DNA of 64,000 nt from the human T2T-CHM13v2.0 reference genome, Homo sapiens: the NCBI RefSeq assembly GCF_009914755.1, contig NC_060935.1, one strand, 5' to 3'. Of the stretch, positions 59,250 to 64,000 are shown in pieces (positions within the stretch are counted from its first letter, which is position 1; each line of letters begins with the position of its first letter). The notes under the pieces are model-generated. The model saw only the letters and a list, made by a program, of their open reading frames with translations. It was not told the DNA's origin and ran no database searches. The translations under genes were made by a program, and so were the position numbers.

Positions 59250-61642
59250 AAAGAGCGTTTGATCAAATTCAATACCTTCAATAGTTCAATCATTATTTTT
59301 AAATATTCAGTGAAATAGGAATCAATGACATATTCTAAAGGTAAATGTGAAAACATCCTTATAGTAAAAATATTAGATACATTCCCATTAAAGCCTGAAC
59401 TAGACCAATATGTCTACTATCTCTTCTATTAATTAATATTGTAAAGTAGGGAACCAATGCAATTAGACAAGAGAAAGAAATTAAAGGCAAAAGAATCATA
59501 AAGGAAGAGGTACAACTATCTGTATAGGCAGATACTATTATTAATTTTTTGGAAATTCCAAAATAATCCATGAAACATACTAAAAACAATACCAGTTACG
59601 TTGCAGGAGTAAAATTAGAAATCAATATACTTCGTATACAAACAATAACCTGGTAGAACATGTCACAATAGATCTCATTACAATAGAAAATAAAATTTCT
59701 AATCAAAAATCTAGTTTAAAAATGTACAAAACCTACATGACTAAAAGTACGCACATACCTAAAGGACACAAAAGCATATCTAACAAACAGAAAGGCATAC
59801 GGTGGTCTCCCATTGTCAGACTCAACACCAGAATGTATCAGTTAGTTCTAAGATTGTAAATGTAACATGATCTTGATAAATATAGTAGGAGGGTTTTTTT
59901 TGTTTTTTTTTTTTTTTTTTTTTGTCTGGAGGAAGACAAACTGATAATGAAGTTCGTCTGAAAGAATAAATAGGCAAGAATACCATGGAAAATCCTGGGG
60001 GCATGAGGGATCACAACTTGTAGAAGCTAACCCTAACATACGTGAAAACAACATAATTAAAGCTTCTGTAATTAAAGCAAAATATTAGCACGTGAATGGG
60101 GTGGTAGTCCACTGGAACAGAATATAAAACAAATCAAAATGTAGTTTAATATTTGATGAAGGTAGCAACTAGAATCAACAGGGGAAAGGATAGGTTATCG
60201 TTTTTTAACGGTGAGGGTATAACTGGATAGCCTTATGAAAAATAATAAAATTAGATCTATTTCTCACACCACAAACAGTATAAATTTCAAATACATCCAA
60301 ATGTAAAAATTAAATTCATACAAGTTCTGGAAAGGAAAATGAAACATAGACGAAGTTATTTATAACCTGAAAGTAGATTATACTTGGCAGACAATTATTC
60401 AAAACCCAGAGCCTATAAATAAAATTTTAATAAATGTGACTATATTCTAGAAAGCGCTTTTTGCCTGGAAAAAAATTGTAAGAAAAGTCAGAAGATAAAA
60501 AATGAGAAAAATCTATATGGAATTTATATCTCAGACAAAAAGCTAATATATTTAATAATGACCTTCTAGTATTTGAAAATAAAAAGACCTACAACCCAAG
60601 ACAAAAATGAGCAAAAGACATAAATAGAGACTTCAGAGAAAATAGATATATTAATGGCTCTTGAACATATAAAAAGATATTCAACTTTTCTCATACAAGA
60701 AATGCACATTAAAACTATAGGAAAGATGCTTCAAGAAAAAGGAGGGTTGAGACTTTCTCTTCTAATCATGATGGAGTAACAGGGTCCTGACTTGCCCCCT
60801 ACCCTAAATCATTAGAAAACCAGAAAAAAATGTGCAAAACAACTGTCTTCAGACATTGACAAAAGGTAGCAGAAGATTGTTATTCCAGAGGGAGAAAAGG
60901 GAAAACGAATGAGAATTTCCTGCTTAGAGGCAATTTCAGGAAGGCAGGGATCAGGAAGAAAAAGGGCTTGGTAGTCTCACTGAAGTGAAGAGACAGACGT
61001 GTTCAGGAAGGTCAGAGCAGCAGGAAGCTGTGGAGCAGAAAGTGAGAAGAGGGAGCTCTGCAAAAAAGAACCCCACAAATCTGCACAGAGGTCTACCGGA
61101 GACTTTGGCTTGATACCTAAGTTAAGCTTAAAAATGAACTTCAAAAAGATCAAATTGACCCTCAAGATGCTTAAAAGCCTTCCAAAAGAATTCCCAACAC
61201 ACCTTAAAGGAATATAACAAAATTTAGCACTCAACAACATAAAATCTATTATGTCCGTGCCTGATTGAAAATTACTAGATGTGGAAGAAACATAAAAATG
61301 TGACCTGTAGCCAGAAGAAATTTCTTAGCAGAAACATCCCAGAAATGACAGAGATGATGGAACTGGCAAATTGAGCTTTAAAATTAGCTATTATACGTTC
61401 AATATAGTCAATATTTTTTTTAAAGTAAACATGATGCTGAGAGAAATGGAAGATACCAAAAATAACCAAATGGAACATCTAGAGATTAAAACATATATAA
61501 TATCTGTAAAGAAAAATAATGACTTGATTGTATTAACATCAGATGCTGCAGAAGAAAATATCAATGCACTTGAATACACAGTGATAGAAATTATCCAAAT
61601 TGAAACGCAGAGAGAAAAAAGACTGACATAAAAATTGAATAG
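59250..61642 (+). mobile_element. Ancient L1 fragments (ORF2 part, then a 5'UTR/ORF1 part from ~60730)
   Basis: Degenerate L1M/L1ME sequence. Confidence 0.7.
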
Positions 61643-61986
<344 letters not shown>

Positions 61987-61994
61987 TTATGGTT

Positions 61995-62400
61995 ATGAGT
62001 ATGTGCACAAACTTATCAATAATTGCTTATCTTCCTCCATGGGCCGTATTCAACCAAGGCTCAGCAGTAATAGTGCCTCATGTGTAGATTTTCAATGAGA
62101 ATGTTGCCACATCCTTCAGTGTTATTAATAAATCCCATTCCTTGTTCTCAATCCCACTGCACAAAATTTACAACTAGAGAAAAACAGTTCATTAGGATGA
62201 ACTTCAAATAAGCCCCATAAGGCAGAACCGCCTTGAGACTCAAGAGCAAATAAGACCTCAGGGATTCGTTAAAAGTTGACTTTTCTCTAAGAACCTTTGA
62301 GGGTTCTTGTCTGGATGAGGCAACTCTAGGGCAAGTCCCTCTGAGTTGATGTCACTTCAGAGACTGTTGCCATGGAGGCTTCATTTCAAATGCATCTCAA
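61995..62400. promoter_or_regulatory. Paralogue of the 22550-22930 element
   Basis: Collinear similarity over ~400 bp. Confidence 0.5.
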
Positions 62401-62419
62401 AATTAGAGTGTTGCCTTTT

Positions 62420-63200
<781 letters not shown>

Positions 63201-63609
63201 TACCTGAAGGTCAGCCGAAGGTGAGATCTTAGAGCTAGAGCCTTCTCAGGTCTTTTCTGAGTAGCGTTCAGCCCTAAGCATGCATCTGACCTTCTAGGTT
63301 CCCAGGAATACGTGGGGGCTTTTCAGAGTTCCTATTTCTCAAAGCATCTCATTCTCAGTCTACCATGCCAGGCTTTTGGTTAACCTATTTTTTGCCCCAA
63401 TTGTGATCTCTTGCTTCTGACTGTGTCTATTACATTTGCCTTTGCATACTTATAACAAGCCCCACCTCCGTACTCCCATCCGGCACCTACAAAGCCACCT
63501 TAGCCGTGGGAGAGTCCCAGGTTAGGCAAGATACAGGCAAATCCTTTGAGCTGATCTTTCAGAGAGCCACCAGGGAAGCCAAAACAAACATCAATTTTTT
63601 TTTAATCAT

Positions 63610-64000
63610 CCATGGATGGATGAGTGGATAAAGAAACTGCAATACGCACGCACACACAATACATACACACACACACACACACAATACACACACACACACA
63701 CACACAAGTATTATTTAGCTTTAAAAAAGGAGATTCTGCCCTTTGAGGAAACATGGATGAACACGAATCTGAGGGCGTTATGCTAAGTGAAATAAGCTAG
63801 ATGCAGAAGGAAAAATATTGCACAAAATCTCTCTTATATGTAGAATCTAAAAAATGTCAAACATATAGGAGCAAAAAAGAACAATGGTTACCAGCGGCAG
63901 GTGGGGTGCCGTGGAAAAATGTGTGTCAAAAGGTAAAAAGTTGCAGTTATGTACCATGAATAATCTAGAGATCTAATAAATCTAGTTCTCTATAGCAGGA
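63610..64000 (+). mobile_element. L1M 3' region with internal (CA)n
   Basis: gatgagtggataaagaaactg...tatgctaagtgaaataagc; (CA)n at ~63645-63706. Confidence 0.75.

Overview
This is primate genomic DNA, very likely human, from an olfactory receptor family-8 cluster. The two intact single-exon OR ORFs match my recollection of OR8B12 (13394-14326, -) and OR8A1 (40741/40792-41721, +), which lie at 11q24.2 just proximal to PANX3. There are also two OR8 pseudogene fragments and dense interspersed repeats (Alu, L1, L2/MIR, MaLR/ERV LTRs, DNA transposons). The main unexplained structure is that the window looks like two collinear, highly diverged tandem copies of a ~39-44 kb unit. Each copy carries an OR8A gene or pseudogene followed by a decayed 5' copy of the pannexin-3 gene. 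Copy A (~5.6-7.6 kb) has promoter, exon 1, intron and exon 2. Copy B (~48.3-48.9 kb) has promoter and exon 1. Other notable items: a U2 snRNA 5' fragment with TSDs whose empty site is visible in the paralogous unit, two adjacent twin-primed (inverted) L1s, two L1s 9 kb apart sharing non-consensus mutations, and a short interstitial telomeric repeat. Gene and repeat-family names come from recall, not database searches. Repeat boundaries without TSDs are approximate.
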